DNA of 36,080 nucleotides from positions 1-36,080 of IMG/VR virus record IMGVR_UViG_3300025381_000048; one strand, given 5' to 3'. The notes under the pieces were generated by a model. That model was not told where the DNA came from. It made no database searches and was given only the letters and a program-made list of their open reading frames with translations. The DNA is from a virus. Taxonomy: Duplodnaviria > Caudoviricetes. A program made the translations under genes and the position numbers. Positions 25,739-35,745 of this stretch are shown here, piece after piece. Position 1 is the first letter of the stretch, and each line of letters opens with the position of its first letter.

Positions 25739-27306
25739 TGAGCGACACTCTCACTTCGACTGGGATTGGCGGGGTGGCAAGCATGAATACTTTGCCAATT
25801 CCGACAAGTGCTATGGGCGGCATTCAGGCCGGTATGGCAGAAGATATTGCCGTAGGACGAGAACAAGCCGCGAAAGCACAAGAGATTGCGCAAGGCACCG
25901 CTGGAGCTCAAAGGCAATATGTTGGTGCGTTGCAACAGGCGGCTGTTCCCATTAAGGAACTTGGCCCTACGCCAGAGTTTATCCCGACTAAAGAAACAGC
26001 AACCGAACTCTCCGGCCTGTTTGGTATGTTGGGCGTTCTTGGCACTATGATCGGTGGCAAAGGCAAAAGCAGCGGCATGGACGCTATGTCGGCTATGACC
26101 GGCATGATGCAAGGCTATCAACAAGGTCGCAAAGACCTCTATGACCGTGAATACAGCAACTTCCAAGCAGCAACTCAACGGTTCAACGCGGAACTTGCTA
26201 AGCGTAAAACAGACTATGAACTAGCTTTGACTAGCGCCAAGGGCAACTTGGATGCGGCTATTCAAGGCGTTCAGGCTGAAGCGTTGAAGCATGACGATCA
26301 AATTATGCTGCACACTGCCCGTGCCAAAGGGCTGCAAGGCATTACGAGCCTTTTGCAAGATCGTGAACGGTTGGGTGCGCAATACGCCAACTCGGTTAAT
26401 TTGGAGCGTATTCGGCATCGAGATCAAGTTGCCGCTCAAGCACCGATACAAGTTACGTTGCCTGATGGCACTCCGGCTTTTATCAAAGCTGCGGTTGGAC
26501 CGGATGGAAATGTCTCTTACCAACCGCTTGAGGGCTATCGTCCTAAACCTGCGGCTGGAGAAGGTATCAATTCCCGCTCTCTTGCTAACGCCGGTCTACC
26601 AAGCGTGCCGGAAAAAGAAGCCACAACAATTGTCGGTGCAGTTCGATCAGCACGAGATACGCTTGCATTGGTAGAACGCGCTAAAAGTCCTGAAATTCTC
26701 TTTGGCGAATTGAACAAAGTTTCTACAGGCGTTGAATCTTGGTGGAAACGCAACGTGGTGCTCGGGTCTAACGATTCGTTTATCAATGCAAGTGATGCTC
26801 AAACACAAATTTCCCGCAATATTGATGCGGCTGCCAAAGAAGCAAATTTGTCTGCCAACGACAAAAATGTTGTCTTCTACAAAGAAGCTATTTTTACAAT
26901 TTTGGAATCTGAACGCGCAGCCCGTGGCGGTTCTTTGCTTCCTGTTGCCGTGATGAAAACGCTCACTCCGTTGTTGGACCCCAAAAACCTGACCAAAGAA
27001 GCGTTCGTCGATATTATGACGCGGCGCGCAACTCAGTTGGCTCAATCAACCAATTTGACCCAAGATCAGTTTGACAAAGTTTACAAGGCTTTGCCGCATA
27101 TTTCTTTGCCGGGGACAACCCCGCAGCAAGCGTCCGGCGCTCCTTCTGCAGGCAATCCTGCTGCGCCCGGAAACCAAACGCCTTCAATAACTCCTGAACA
27201 ACTGGAAAAAGCTAGAAAAGCTTTGGCATGGGCAAATGAGAACCCCAATGACCCGAATGCGGACGCAGTGCGTAAAAAAGCTAACAGAACACTTGGAGGC
27301 GGTTAA
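25738..27306 (+). CDS. Internal virion (ejection) protein
   Basis: 522 aa, helical, TAATG-coupled. Confidence 0.65.
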   Translation: MSDTLTSTGIGGVASMNTLPIPTSAMGGIQAGMAEDIAVGREQAAKAQEIAQGTAGAQRQYVGALQQAAVPIKELGPTPEFIPTKETATELSGLFGMLGVLGTMIGGKGKSSGMDAMSAMTGMMQGYQQGRKDLYDREYSNFQAATQRFNAELAKRKTDYELALTSAKGNLDAAIQGVQAEALKHDDQIMLHTARAKGLQGITSLLQDRERLGAQYANSVNLERIRHRDQVAAQAPIQVTLPDGTPAFIKAAVGPDGNVSYQPLEGYRPKPAAGEGINSRSLANAGLPSVPEKEATTIVGAVRSARDTLALVERAKSPEILFGELNKVSTGVESWWKRNVVLGSNDSFINASDAQTQISRNIDAAAKEANLSANDKNVVFYKEAIFTILESERAARGGSLLPVAVMKTLTPLLDPKNLTKEAFVDIMTRRATQLAQSTNLTQDQFDKVYKALPHISLPGTTPQQASGAPSAGNPAAPGNQTPSITPEQLEKARKALAWANENPNDPNADAVRKKANRTLGGG

Positions 27307-29549
27307 TGGCTTTTGACCCCAAAGCGTTTCTTGCTGAAACGTCTTCGGATTCATCTGGCTTTGATCCAAAAGCGTTTCTCGCTGAAACGTCTTCGGATTC
27401 ATCTGGCTTTGATCCAAAAGCGTTTCTCGCTGAAACGTCTGCGTCAAATACACCTGCCAAAGCTTCTGCGCCCGCCGATAATGGCTATGACCCGTATACG
27501 GACTATGCGGCGTCTATGGGCATGGCATTATCGCCAAAAGCATCTAAGGCCGCCGTCAAAGGCGCAACATCCTATGGGGTAGGGTTGGCTGGTGGCGTTA
27601 CCGGCCTTTTGCCGAATGAATACGGCGGCACTTTGGGGCCTGATCTTTCGCGCCAAGCAAGTGCCGCTTGGAAAGAGGCAGTTAACGCAGATCCAGCGGC
27701 TGCTCGCATAGGTTATTATGGCACACAAGCAATTCCAATGCTTGCCGGTGGCGCTGCTTCCGCTTTACTCAAAGCCCCTGCTGCCGTATCTGAAATCGCA
27801 ACCTTGGGTTCCAGCATTCTGAAAGGGATGGGTATTGGCGGCGGATATGGCGTTTTGTCTGGCGCTTTATCTCCTAGCACTGAAAAAGATTATACAAAGC
27901 GTTTGAAGGGGAAAGGCATAGACGCTTTAATTGGCGGGGGCCTTGGAGCCACTTTGGGAATTGCCATTCCATTAGTCGGTTCTGGCGTCAATGCGGTTAA
28001 CAATTACTTGTCTACAGCACTTGGTCGCAAAGCCACTCAAGCTGAACTTGATCTCGTGCAAAAAGCAAAAGATCTGGCTGACGGCAAGATCAAAAGTTTG
28101 TCGGCTGAAGACAAACGATTGGCTCAACACATGCGGGATTCTTTGGATCGCAAAGAAGCTACAGCAAAGGTTTTGGATGCAACCTACCCTGAAGACATTG
28201 TGGCACAAGAGCAGGCTCGCAAAATAGCGGGCTTGCCTAATCCCACAACCGGCGAACAAATTGCTGTTAATAAGCATGTTGAGGGGCAGTTGCGTCCGTT
28301 GGCTGAACGCAGCTTTGAGGCAGCAGAAAAAGTGCAGGCCGAAGAAGGCGGCAAGCCATTCCGGCGTTACCTTGAAGTAGCCAACAACAAGCAATCCATT
28401 CAACCGTTTGGTTTGTCGCCGGAAGGCAAGGCTCTAGAATCCGAATTGGATACGCTTATTCAAGGCGGTTCTGGCGAACTCAAGAATGTCAGCGCGGACG
28501 AAGCCGCAACTGCCAAGCGGTTGAAGGAAGCGTTGTATCCTCAATCCAAAGAAGCCCCGTCTAATATTGACCCTGAACTGGCTTCTCAGTTGGAAGCAGC
28601 CGGTGTTTTGCCTGGCACCCAAGCGGGTCGGCAAGTCGATTTTGGTTTGGTTGACCGCGAATTGCGTCATTTGCGCGATTTGCAGGAAAAGAAAGCGATT
28701 GAAGGTTTTACAGGAACGCAAAAGCGAGAAATCAAGGGCGTTGCTGACCGCCTAGAAGCGGCCATGAAGCGTTGGGTTGGGGAAGAAAACTATGCTCGCG
28801 GCGATTATGCCGAGGCTTCCCGAGCTTACAATGCTTGGAAAACTAAATTTGGCGAGAAGTTAACCGGCAAACAAGAGATCCCGTATTCTTCTGAAGGCGG
28901 CGTGTATCAAACCCCTGAAGGCCAGTTGGGCCAGCATGTGTTTCGAGACAGGGATTCGGTGAAATTTGCTCAACGCCTTATGGGCGAGACACAAGTCAAC
29001 CAGCTTGCCGAGCAATATGCCACTGATAAATTGAAAGGGTTGGGTGCGAAAGAAGCCCGCGCTTGGCTAGATAACCCAAACAATGCTTTTGTGGATGCAG
29101 TCCCCGGCTTGCGGAAAAAGTTGGGCAATTATGCTGCGCGGCTGGAAGAACATGAAGCTGGCGGCGTTCGTTTGAAAGGTTTGCAAAACAAGGCAGAACG
29201 CGAATACAGGGATCTGGAAAGGCAAGTTGACGCCATCAGCAGCAGCATGAAGGACATAGCCAAGCGTAGCGGAAGCCTGACTGAAGATTTGAATACATTA
29301 AATAGTGCTCTTAGTTCCAAGGCGCGACAAGATGCGGCCGCAAAATTGGTCGGCACGTTGAAAAGCGAATTGCCGCCCGATCAACACGCGCAAGCTGAGT
29401 TGCTGGTTGAAAAACTGAAAACGGCCATTGATAAGCGGAACAAAGCCCGCACCGTTGTTATTGGCACAGCCGCGACTTCTGCCGTAGGCGTCCCCCTTGG
29501 AGGCTGGGCTGCTCGCCGCGCTGCATCTTCACTGCTAGGAACAGACTAA
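27306..29549 (+). CDS. Large internal virion (ejection) protein
   Basis: 747 aa; Gly-rich hydrophobic N-terminal half and helical C-terminal half. Confidence 0.65.
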   Translation: MAFDPKAFLAETSSDSSGFDPKAFLAETSSDSSGFDPKAFLAETSASNTPAKASAPADNGYDPYTDYAASMGMALSPKASKAAVKGATSYGVGLAGGVTGLLPNEYGGTLGPDLSRQASAAWKEAVNADPAAARIGYYGTQAIPMLAGGAASALLKAPAAVSEIATLGSSILKGMGIGGGYGVLSGALSPSTEKDYTKRLKGKGIDALIGGGLGATLGIAIPLVGSGVNAVNNYLSTALGRKATQAELDLVQKAKDLADGKIKSLSAEDKRLAQHMRDSLDRKEATAKVLDATYPEDIVAQEQARKIAGLPNPTTGEQIAVNKHVEGQLRPLAERSFEAAEKVQAEEGGKPFRRYLEVANNKQSIQPFGLSPEGKALESELDTLIQGGSGELKNVSADEAATAKRLKEALYPQSKEAPSNIDPELASQLEAAGVLPGTQAGRQVDFGLVDRELRHLRDLQEKKAIEGFTGTQKREIKGVADRLEAAMKRWVGEENYARGDYAEASRAYNAWKTKFGEKLTGKQEIPYSSEGGVYQTPEGQLGQHVFRDRDSVKFAQRLMGETQVNQLAEQYATDKLKGLGAKEARAWLDNPNNAFVDAVPGLRKKLGNYAARLEEHEAGGVRLKGLQNKAEREYRDLERQVDAISSSMKDIAKRSGSLTEDLNTLNSALSSKARQDAAAKLVGTLKSELPPDQHAQAELLVEKLKTAIDKRNKARTVVIGTAATSAVGVPLGGWAARRAASSLLGTD
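27307..27440 (+). repeat. 48-bp coding tandem repeat, about 2.7 copies ([16 protein letters not shown])
   Basis: Units start at 27312, 27360 and 27408. Confidence 0.92.
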
Positions 29550-29698
29550 TGCCGCTCAAAAAAGGTTCGAGCAAAACAACCATCAGCAAAAATATTAGCG
29601 AAATGGTGAAATCCGGCCATCCACAAAAGCAGGCGATTGCGGCTGCTCTTAGCACCGCTCGCAAAGCAAAAGGAGTGCATCGTGGCAAAAAAGGCTAA
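29549..29698 (+). CDS. Small basic protein [16 protein letters not shown]... (49 aa, not in the ORF track)
   Basis: TAATG overlap; MPLKKG..S.NI......P.KQA.A.AL pattern familiar from phage late regions. Confidence 0.75.
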   Translation: MPLKKGSSKTTISKNISEMVKSGHPQKQAIAAALSTARKAKGVHRGKKG

Positions 29699-29885
29699 AG
29701 GCATCAATCCTGACTTGGAATCTGCCATCAGCAAGTTGCTGAAAGATGTTATGAACGATCCTAATGCCACTTTGATCGACAAGATGCGTGTGCTTGACCG
29801 TGCTTTGAATCTGGAAAAGATCAAACAAAAGGTGAGTGACGACGACTTTGGTTCTGGTTTCTTTGGCGGTGACGAGGAAGAATAA
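29682..29885 (+). CDS. Small helical protein with acidic tail
   Basis: GTG start behind SD AAGGAG. Confidence 0.7.
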   Translation: MAKKAKGINPDLESAISKLLKDVMNDPNATLIDKMRVLDRALNLEKIKQKVSDDDFGSGFFGGDEEE

Positions 29886-29925
29886 ACGATGTATGGTGTT
29901 TCCACAGTTAACTTAGGGGACACCT

Positions 29926-30156
29926 ATGGACGCCGTTATTTTGCAGATTGTTCGCATCGCTTTTCAAGTCATCAGCGACCGGGTTCTTACTATCCTGTCT
30001 CTCTGCATGACGTTCGCTTTGGCTTGCTGGGTGATGCACGACCCGACGCAAGAACGGATTATCATGGCGGCGTTCTTTGGCACCGTTGTATTCGTTCCAT
30101 CTTTGTTCAAGGAAAAGAAAAGTGAAAGACAGCAGCAACAACCGCCTGAGGAATAA
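29926..30156 (+). CDS. Small two-TM membrane protein
   Basis: SD AGGGGGA; two hydrophobic helices and a charged tail. Confidence 0.7.
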   Translation: MDAVILQIVRIAFQVISDRVLTILSLCMTFALACWVMHDPTQERIIMAAFFGTVVFVPSLFKEKKSERQQQQPPEE

Positions 30157-30340
30157 CGTATTCCGCGTTGCTACGGCTTCGCGGGCGCAGATCCCGCAAG
30201 ACAAGTATGGTATGGGCAGCCAGTTCTGTCAGGGCGATGGTATGCCTCCGGGTGGTTATCGCGCCATGTTTAGTTGGCGAAAAGGCGCTGACGATACTAA
30301 AAACAGCCGCACGACCAAGCCCGGCAAAACCGTTTACTGA
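30122..30340 (+). CDS. Small basic hypothetical protein
   Basis: Probable GTG start at 30122; start uncertain. Confidence 0.55.
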   Translation: MKDSSNNRLRNNVFRVATASRAQIPQDKYGMGSQFCQGDGMPPGGYRAMFSWRKGADDTKNSRTTKPGKTVY

Positions 30341-30351
30341 GGTAGCAAACC

Positions 30352-32919
30352 ATGCCCGACGTTCTCCAGATCATCCCTAAAGAAGAACAGCTAGACGCCG
30401 TTGCCAAGATTCGCACGTCTACGCCGCAGTCGTTGATCGACACGGACTTCGAGTATGGTTTGCAGCCGACTAAGTGGGATTTCGTCAATATGACGAATAA
30501 TCGTCCCACTGCGTTTTACAACCCGACCAGCCCGCTGACGATCACTGGCGTGTCGATCTCTAGCGGCACTGTTACCGTGACTTCGACTGCCAACCCGGCG
30601 GTTGGAACTCCGCTCTATGTGCAAAGCACGACTGACGTGCTGGCGAATGGTTGGTTCATTGTAACCACGACCAGCGTAAGCAGCTTCACCTACACCCAGC
30701 TTCCTGGGACGGTAGATGCAACTTCTGGCAGCATTTACGACAGCACCAAAACCTACATCTATACGGGCACGTTCTACACTGGTGCTGCTATTCCGGTGTC
30801 TTCGAGTGCGGGTTTTGCGTTCACGAACGCAGGCACAACTGTTACTGCTGCGACCAACTACGGCCACGGCTTGTCTGTAGGCAACCTGATCTATGTTGTC
30901 GGCACTACGTCCACGACGAACCCGCCGAATGGCATGTTTCAGGTTGCCACGGTTCCGACGAACAACACGTTCACGTTCACCGTTGCAAACGCTCCCACTG
31001 GCACGATTACGGCGTCTGCCGGTTCGACAAGCACTCTGTATTGCACTCCAAACGGGTTCTCGATTCACCGCGCTTACGACGGTGGCATTCAGTTCTCTGC
31101 CGGTGTTGGCTCTCCTGGCGCTCAGATCATCCGTCAGACACGTCGTTATTTCCGGTATCAGTCCGGCAAGGCGATTCAGATGTCTACTGGGTCTATTATG
31201 AAGAACGCCATGTTCGTTGATAGCCTGACCGCTTCAGGCACGACGATCACGGTGAACACCAAGTTCGTCCACAATATGACGCCGGGATCTTATATCCAGG
31301 TTAGCGGATGCGTTCAGTCGCAATACAACGGCATTTGGCAGGTTGTGACGGTTACTCCGACTTCCTTGACCTATACTTGCAACAACGCTCCGGCGGTTTC
31401 TCCTGCTACGGGGTTCCCGATCTATGTCAGTTCTTATAGCTGGTATGGCACTGCGCACCGCATTGGCATTATGGACCAGCAGAACGGGATCTTTTTTGAG
31501 TTTGACGGCCAAACCCTAAACGCGGTTCGTCGGCAAAGCACTCAACAGATTGCAGGCACAATCGCGGTTACTAGCGGTTCCAATGTTGTCACCGGCACGA
31601 ATACTCTGTTCTCGCAGCAGTTAGTTCCTGGCAGCTATATTGTCATTCGCGGTCAAAGCTACCGTGTAAATTCGATTTCCAGCAACACTCAGATTCAGAT
31701 TGTGCCGGAATATCGTGCTGCCACTTCATCGAACGTGGTTGCGTCGTTGACCATTGAAACGCGCTTTCCGCAATCGTCTTGGAACCTGGACAAGTGTGAT
31801 GGCACTGGCCCCTCGGGCTACACCATTGACCTGACCAAGATGCAAATGTGGTATATTGACTACTCTTGGTATGGTGCGGGGTTCATCCGCTTTGGTTTGC
31901 GCACCAATCTGGGGCAGATGATTTACTGTCACAAAGTTCAGAACAACAACACCTACACTGAAGCGTGGATGCGATCTGGCAACTTGCCGGCGCACTACGA
32001 GTCATATTGCATTCAACCGATCACCACGATTACGTCTAGCGTTGGCACCGGCGACACCACGATCAACGTGGCAAGCACTGCCGGTTTTCCGAATAGCGGG
32101 GCTTTCCGTTTGGTTGGGTCTGGCAATACGGGCGTCGTGGAGTATGTGACTTATACCGGGTTGACCGGCACCACGTTTACGGGCTGCACGCGCGGCGCTA
32201 CGGGCGGCAGTGCTGCTACGGCATATACATATTCGGCTACGGCTCCTGTCGCCGTAGAGCTCGCCAACCAAACTACTAATGCGTCTATTTTCCCGGCTGG
32301 TGGCAGCATGTCGCATTGGGGCACGTCTATCGTCATGGACGGTGGCTTCAACAATGATTTGTTGTTCAGTTTCAATCAAAGCACTGGTGCGACGGCGGTT
32401 GCGGTTGCCTCTAACGCTACCAACTCGATCTTCAGCCTTCGCGTGGGGCCTTCAGTTGACACTGGTTTGATCGGCGTTCTTGGGGCGCGTGAAGTCGTCA
32501 ACCGTATGCAGTTGAAACTTCAGTCCATTCGCGTGTTGTCTACCGGCGTGTTCAAAATCAACGTGGTGCTGAACGGCCAAAACTCGGCTGGCACGTTTAC
32601 CAACGTCGGTGGCTCGTCTCTGTCGCAGTATTGCGCGCATACGGGCGCTACGACGCTGACGGGCGGTGAAACTATCTTCTCTTTCTACACCAACAACGCG
32701 GGCGGCACTGCCAACTCCACATTGACGGAAGAAGATCTCACTCTCATCCGAGATCTAGGTAACACAATCCTTGGCGGCGGTTTGACCAATACGGTTCCTA
32801 CCACGGCCAATGGCGTTTACCCTGACGGCCCTGACTTGATTACCATCACCGCTCAAAACCAGTCTGGTTCGTCGGCCAACGTGTCGATGATCGTAAGCTG
32901 GACTGAAGCCCAGGCTTAA
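30352..32919 (+). CDS. Large Thr/Ser/Gly-rich virion fibre-like protein
   Basis: 855 aa; DTDFEYGLQPTKW; repeated HGL..G..I.V.G....NG.F.V beta modules; RQTRRYFRYQSGK. Confidence 0.7.
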   Translation: MPDVLQIIPKEEQLDAVAKIRTSTPQSLIDTDFEYGLQPTKWDFVNMTNNRPTAFYNPTSPLTITGVSISSGTVTVTSTANPAVGTPLYVQSTTDVLANGWFIVTTTSVSSFTYTQLPGTVDATSGSIYDSTKTYIYTGTFYTGAAIPVSSSAGFAFTNAGTTVTAATNYGHGLSVGNLIYVVGTTSTTNPPNGMFQVATVPTNNTFTFTVANAPTGTITASAGSTSTLYCTPNGFSIHRAYDGGIQFSAGVGSPGAQIIRQTRRYFRYQSGKAIQMSTGSIMKNAMFVDSLTASGTTITVNTKFVHNMTPGSYIQVSGCVQSQYNGIWQVVTVTPTSLTYTCNNAPAVSPATGFPIYVSSYSWYGTAHRIGIMDQQNGIFFEFDGQTLNAVRRQSTQQIAGTIAVTSGSNVVTGTNTLFSQQLVPGSYIVIRGQSYRVNSISSNTQIQIVPEYRAATSSNVVASLTIETRFPQSSWNLDKCDGTGPSGYTIDLTKMQMWYIDYSWYGAGFIRFGLRTNLGQMIYCHKVQNNNTYTEAWMRSGNLPAHYESYCIQPITTITSSVGTGDTTINVASTAGFPNSGAFRLVGSGNTGVVEYVTYTGLTGTTFTGCTRGATGGSAATAYTYSATAPVAVELANQTTNASIFPAGGSMSHWGTSIVMDGGFNNDLLFSFNQSTGATAVAVASNATNSIFSLRVGPSVDTGLIGVLGAREVVNRMQLKLQSIRVLSTGVFKINVVLNGQNSAGTFTNVGGSSLSQYCAHTGATTLTGGETIFSFYTNNAGGTANSTLTEEDLTLIRDLGNTILGGGLTNTVPTTANGVYPDGPDLITITAQNQSGSSANVSMIVSWTEAQA

Positions 32920-32931
32920 TAGGAGGTCAAA

Positions 32932-33156
32932 ATGGTTGAAGTAGTTAAGGTTTGGAGCGAAATGCTTTCCTTCGCGGAAACGGAAGTAAAGGATGCTGTC
33001 GCTGAGGTTGAAGCGGTTGCTGAGGCTGTCGTGACAGACGTAGAAACAGTAGTTGATTCTGCGGCTGCTACGGTTGAACAAGTTGCCGAGTTCAGCGAGG
33101 AAATCCCGCCTGCTGCTCCTCCGGCTTCTGGTCCGCCTGATATCGACCCGGCTTAG
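32932..33156 (+). CDS. Small acidic Val/Ala/Glu-rich protein
   Basis: SD AGGAGG; 74 aa. Confidence 0.7.
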   Translation: MVEVVKVWSEMLSFAETEVKDAVAEVEAVAEAVVTDVETVVDSAAATVEQVAEFSEEIPPAAPPASGPPDIDPA

Positions 33157-33164
33157 GAGGTATC

Positions 33165-33416
33165 ATGCCATCCCTTTCTGTTTCCCGTGGAGAGAAACTG
33201 CCTACCAAGTCGGGTGCAGGGCTGACGGCTAAAGGTCGGGCGAAATACAACCAAGCTACAGGCAGTCACCTGAAGGCCCCTGCGCCTCATCCTAAGACGG
33301 AACAAGATGCAGGCCGCAAGGCTTCTTTCTGTGCTCGCATGAAGGGTGTTGTGAAAAAAGCCAGTGGTCCGGCAGAACGCGCTAAGGCTTCACTTAAACG
33401 GTGGAATTGCAAATAA
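33165..33416 (+). CDS. Small basic phage protein (DUF6321-like)
   Basis: GLTAKGRAKYN..TGSHLKAP...RKASFCARM...SLKRWNC; SD AGGAGG. The family label is recalled, not searched. Confidence 0.65.
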   Translation: MPSLSVSRGEKLPTKSGAGLTAKGRAKYNQATGSHLKAPAPHPKTEQDAGRKASFCARMKGVVKKASGPAERAKASLKRWNCK

Positions 33417-33805
33417 TGGCATTCGGGATAGATGACGCTATTGGTGCTGGCCTACAGATCATCAACAAGTTTATCCCGGATCCCGCCCAAAAGCAGGCCG
33501 CTGAGGATGCACTTAGATCTTCTCTCCAGCAGTGGGATGCTACTCAAAACACTGTAGACGCCGCAGAGGCTGAAAATAGCAGTGTCTTTGTGGCTGGATG
33601 GCGTCCTGCCATTGGATGGATTTGCGCTTTGGCACTAGGCTATCAATATGTTGTCGTCCCCATGGCAATCTGGATTGCTGCACTGCAACATATTCCGTTA
33701 GCCAGTCCGCCTAAGCTAGACGACACTCTTTGGCAGCTAATGTTTGGGATGCTCGGCATGGGCGGTTTGCGCACTTACGAGAAAATTAAAGGCGTGGCTA
33801 AATGA
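33416..33805 (+). CDS. Holin, GTA 3TM family
   Basis: INKFIPDP, FVAGWRPAIGW and GMLGMGGLRTYEKIKGV. Confidence 0.82.
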   Translation: MAFGIDDAIGAGLQIINKFIPDPAQKQAAEDALRSSLQQWDATQNTVDAAEAENSSVFVAGWRPAIGWICALALGYQYVVVPMAIWIAALQHIPLASPPKLDDTLWQLMFGMLGMGGLRTYEKIKGVAK

Positions 33806-34170
33806 CGTGGCTATACCGGCAGACTACGGGTGAAATGCTGCATGACGGCACTGTAGTTGGGTTGGGTTATTCAGGCATTGCTGACGGTTTGGACAATCCG
33901 GCGGAACAATCAGTGCCTGACACTGGCCCGATCCCGGTTGGATCTTACGACATTGGCGACGCATTTTTGCATCCGCAGTGTGGCCCGGTTGCCATGAGAT
34001 TGACGCCGCAAGCAGGTACCGACACGTTTGGGCGTGATGGATTCCTTATTCACGGCGACAATCAGACTATGGATCACACTGCTTCGCACGGGTGCATCAT
34101 CTTGCCTCGGGTTATTCGAGAGGCAATTTCTGTTTCTGACGATAAAACTCTGATCGTGGTTTCTGGTTAG
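33802..34170 (+). CDS. DUF2778/Tlde1-like L,D-transpeptidase-fold protein, putative lysin
   Basis: GYSG, GPIPVGSY, GRDGFLIHGD and ASHGCII; ATGA-coupled to the holin. Confidence 0.78.
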   Translation: MTWLYRQTTGEMLHDGTVVGLGYSGIADGLDNPAEQSVPDTGPIPVGSYDIGDAFLHPQCGPVAMRLTPQAGTDTFGRDGFLIHGDNQTMDHTASHGCIILPRVIREAISVSDDKTLIVVSG

Positions 34171-34179
34171 CAGGCACGG

Positions 34180-34620
34180 TCAATCCAGGTTAATGTATTT
34201 GGCCTGCTCTAGGATTGCCAGCGTATAGGGGATATTGGCTGCCAATGGCTCTTTCCCCAAATGATTCCGCTTTATCTGCCAGTCGCTTGGTTTGTTCGTA
34301 GGCGGTTTTTTTGGAACGCTAGATCTGTATTCTTTGAGAATGTCCTGAATGCGTGAGCGTGAAATATTCACCTCAGCGGCCATTGCATCCAAGGTCATAG
34401 ACCTGCGCATTTCTGCAAGCTGTTCAGGAGTGACTTTCTTGCGGTCTTTCTTCCCGATGTTGTGGGGTGATTTTTCAAAACTTTTGCGAGGCTTGCATTT
34501 AAGCCTATCACGCAATCTACGCACATGCTTGAGCGAAATACCAAACACTTCCGCTATTTTTGCAGCCGCAACTCCTTCATTCCACAGCCTTATAAACAGT
34601 GCATCTCCGGTAACGCTCAT
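34180..34620 (-). CDS. HTH protein with GcrA-like N-terminus
   Basis: FIRLWNEGVAAAKIAEVFGIS and a second HTH MTLDAMAAEVNISRSRIQDIL. Confidence 0.65.
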   Translation of the reverse strand: MSVTGDALFIRLWNEGVAAAKIAEVFGISLKHVRRLRDRLKCKPRKSFEKSPHNIGKKDRKKVTPEQLAEMRRSMTLDAMAAEVNISRSRIQDILKEYRSSVPKKPPTNKPSDWQIKRNHLGKEPLAANIPYTLAILEQAKYINLD

Positions 34621-34622
34621 TT

Positions 34623-35042
34623 TTATACTCCCATTTCATTCCTAAGCGGGTTGGGTGTGTTGTCCTTTAGTGCCTGTTTGCCGGTTCCAAGCAGATCGGG
34701 CGCTGCGGCGAGCATGGCCGACCAGTCCGACTGCGCGTGTAACATGTTGACCTCGTTGTCCGGCAGGCCAGCGCTGGCTGTGTCAATAGACGCACCTGCC
34801 CAGGCTTCGGCGATCGCCTCATCCGCCTCGATCGGTACGATCTTCAGACCCAGGCCCGGCAGGGCGGTCAGGAGGGCGTTGAGGGCGTCTGTAGAATGCT
34901 CTAGGGCGATATACCACCAAGTCGGGTTAGTGAGTCTGATGAACGTGAAATGCTCATCGTCGGTCTTTCCCTCTGGCGTTGGATATCCATTCAGCAAAAT
35001 CGTCCGCGCCATCGCCTCAATCACTGTTTCGCGTGGGGTCAT
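34623..35042 (-). CDS. Phage accessory protein (139 aa)
   Basis: ATGA-coupled start at 35042; IEAMAR...VPIEADEAI...WSAMLAAAP motifs. Confidence 0.7.
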   Translation of the reverse strand: MTPRETVIEAMARTILLNGYPTPEGKTDDEHFTFIRLTNPTWWYIALEHSTDALNALLTALPGLGLKIVPIEADEAIAEAWAGASIDTASAGLPDNEVNMLHAQSDWSAMLAAAPDLLGTGKQALKDNTPNPLRNEMGV

Positions 35043-35401
35043 TTCGGTGGCTCCGGTATGGTCGCGTAGTGCGTCGGCGGATGAAATTCTGGCTCCCATC
35101 CAGGCGGTTCATCTCCTTCGGATGTCCAACATTCATGCTTGGGCCACCAGCGCGCAATAACTACCCACCGATCCTTTTTTGGGTTGTTTTCAACAAAACC
35201 AGAAATCAGCCATAACTGCCCATTCCGGGCTTCGTCATCAATCTCTCGCCAGGGCGAGACGATCATTGCAGCAAGGCGCGCTTCTATTTTTACATCAGCT
35301 TTCCGAAAGGATTGTGAAGGCCCAGTTAGCCATCTTTTGTTGTATGCTTCCCAAAATAACTCTCGCAGCGCATCGCGCCGCACGGTTACAAAATCGGTCA
35401 T
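35039..35401 (-). CDS. DUF551-like protein, second copy
   Basis: Identical translation to 868..1230. Confidence 0.7.
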   Translation of the reverse strand: MTDFVTVRRDALRELFWEAYNKRWLTGPSQSFRKADVKIEARLAAMIVSPWREIDDEARNGQLWLISGFVENNPKKDRWVVIARWWPKHECWTSEGDEPPGWEPEFHPPTHYATIPEPPK

Positions 35402-35745
35402 TTTGCCCTCTTGGCTAATGCCGCACGGGCTTTACACCCACTGCATGTGTTTTCATCGAAGTTCGGGCCATACTCACGACAAAGACCCTCACAAAATTGA
35501 TCTCCGTAATAAGTCAACGCAGCTTCTAACTCCGCGATTCTGGCCCGTGCTGCGGTCAGTTCGGCGCGCATACCGTCCGCGTCCACGACAACCGTGCCCA
35601 TGCCGTCGCCGGCTCCGACTGGTTTGTAATAGTGCTCGGTCATGGCGTGGGCCTCTTTTTTCCCGATGCGGTCTGCCGCAGCCTGAATCGCATGTTCTTT
35701 GGTTGGGTACGCTCCGCTTCCGCCAGCCCCAATAGTTTCGGTCAT
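35398..35745 (-). CDS. Ead/Ea22-like accessory protein, second copy
   Basis: One substitution (M to I) relative to 1227..1574. Confidence 0.65.
   Translation of the reverse strand: MTETIGAGGSGAYPTKEHAIQAAADRIGKKEAHAMTEHYYKPVGAGDGMGTVVVDADGMRAELTAARARIAELEAALTYYGDQFCEGLCREYGPNFDENTCSGCKARAALAKRAK

Noticed and set aside
27307-27440. CRISPR-like array
   Set aside because: The units are contiguous, in frame and have no spacers.
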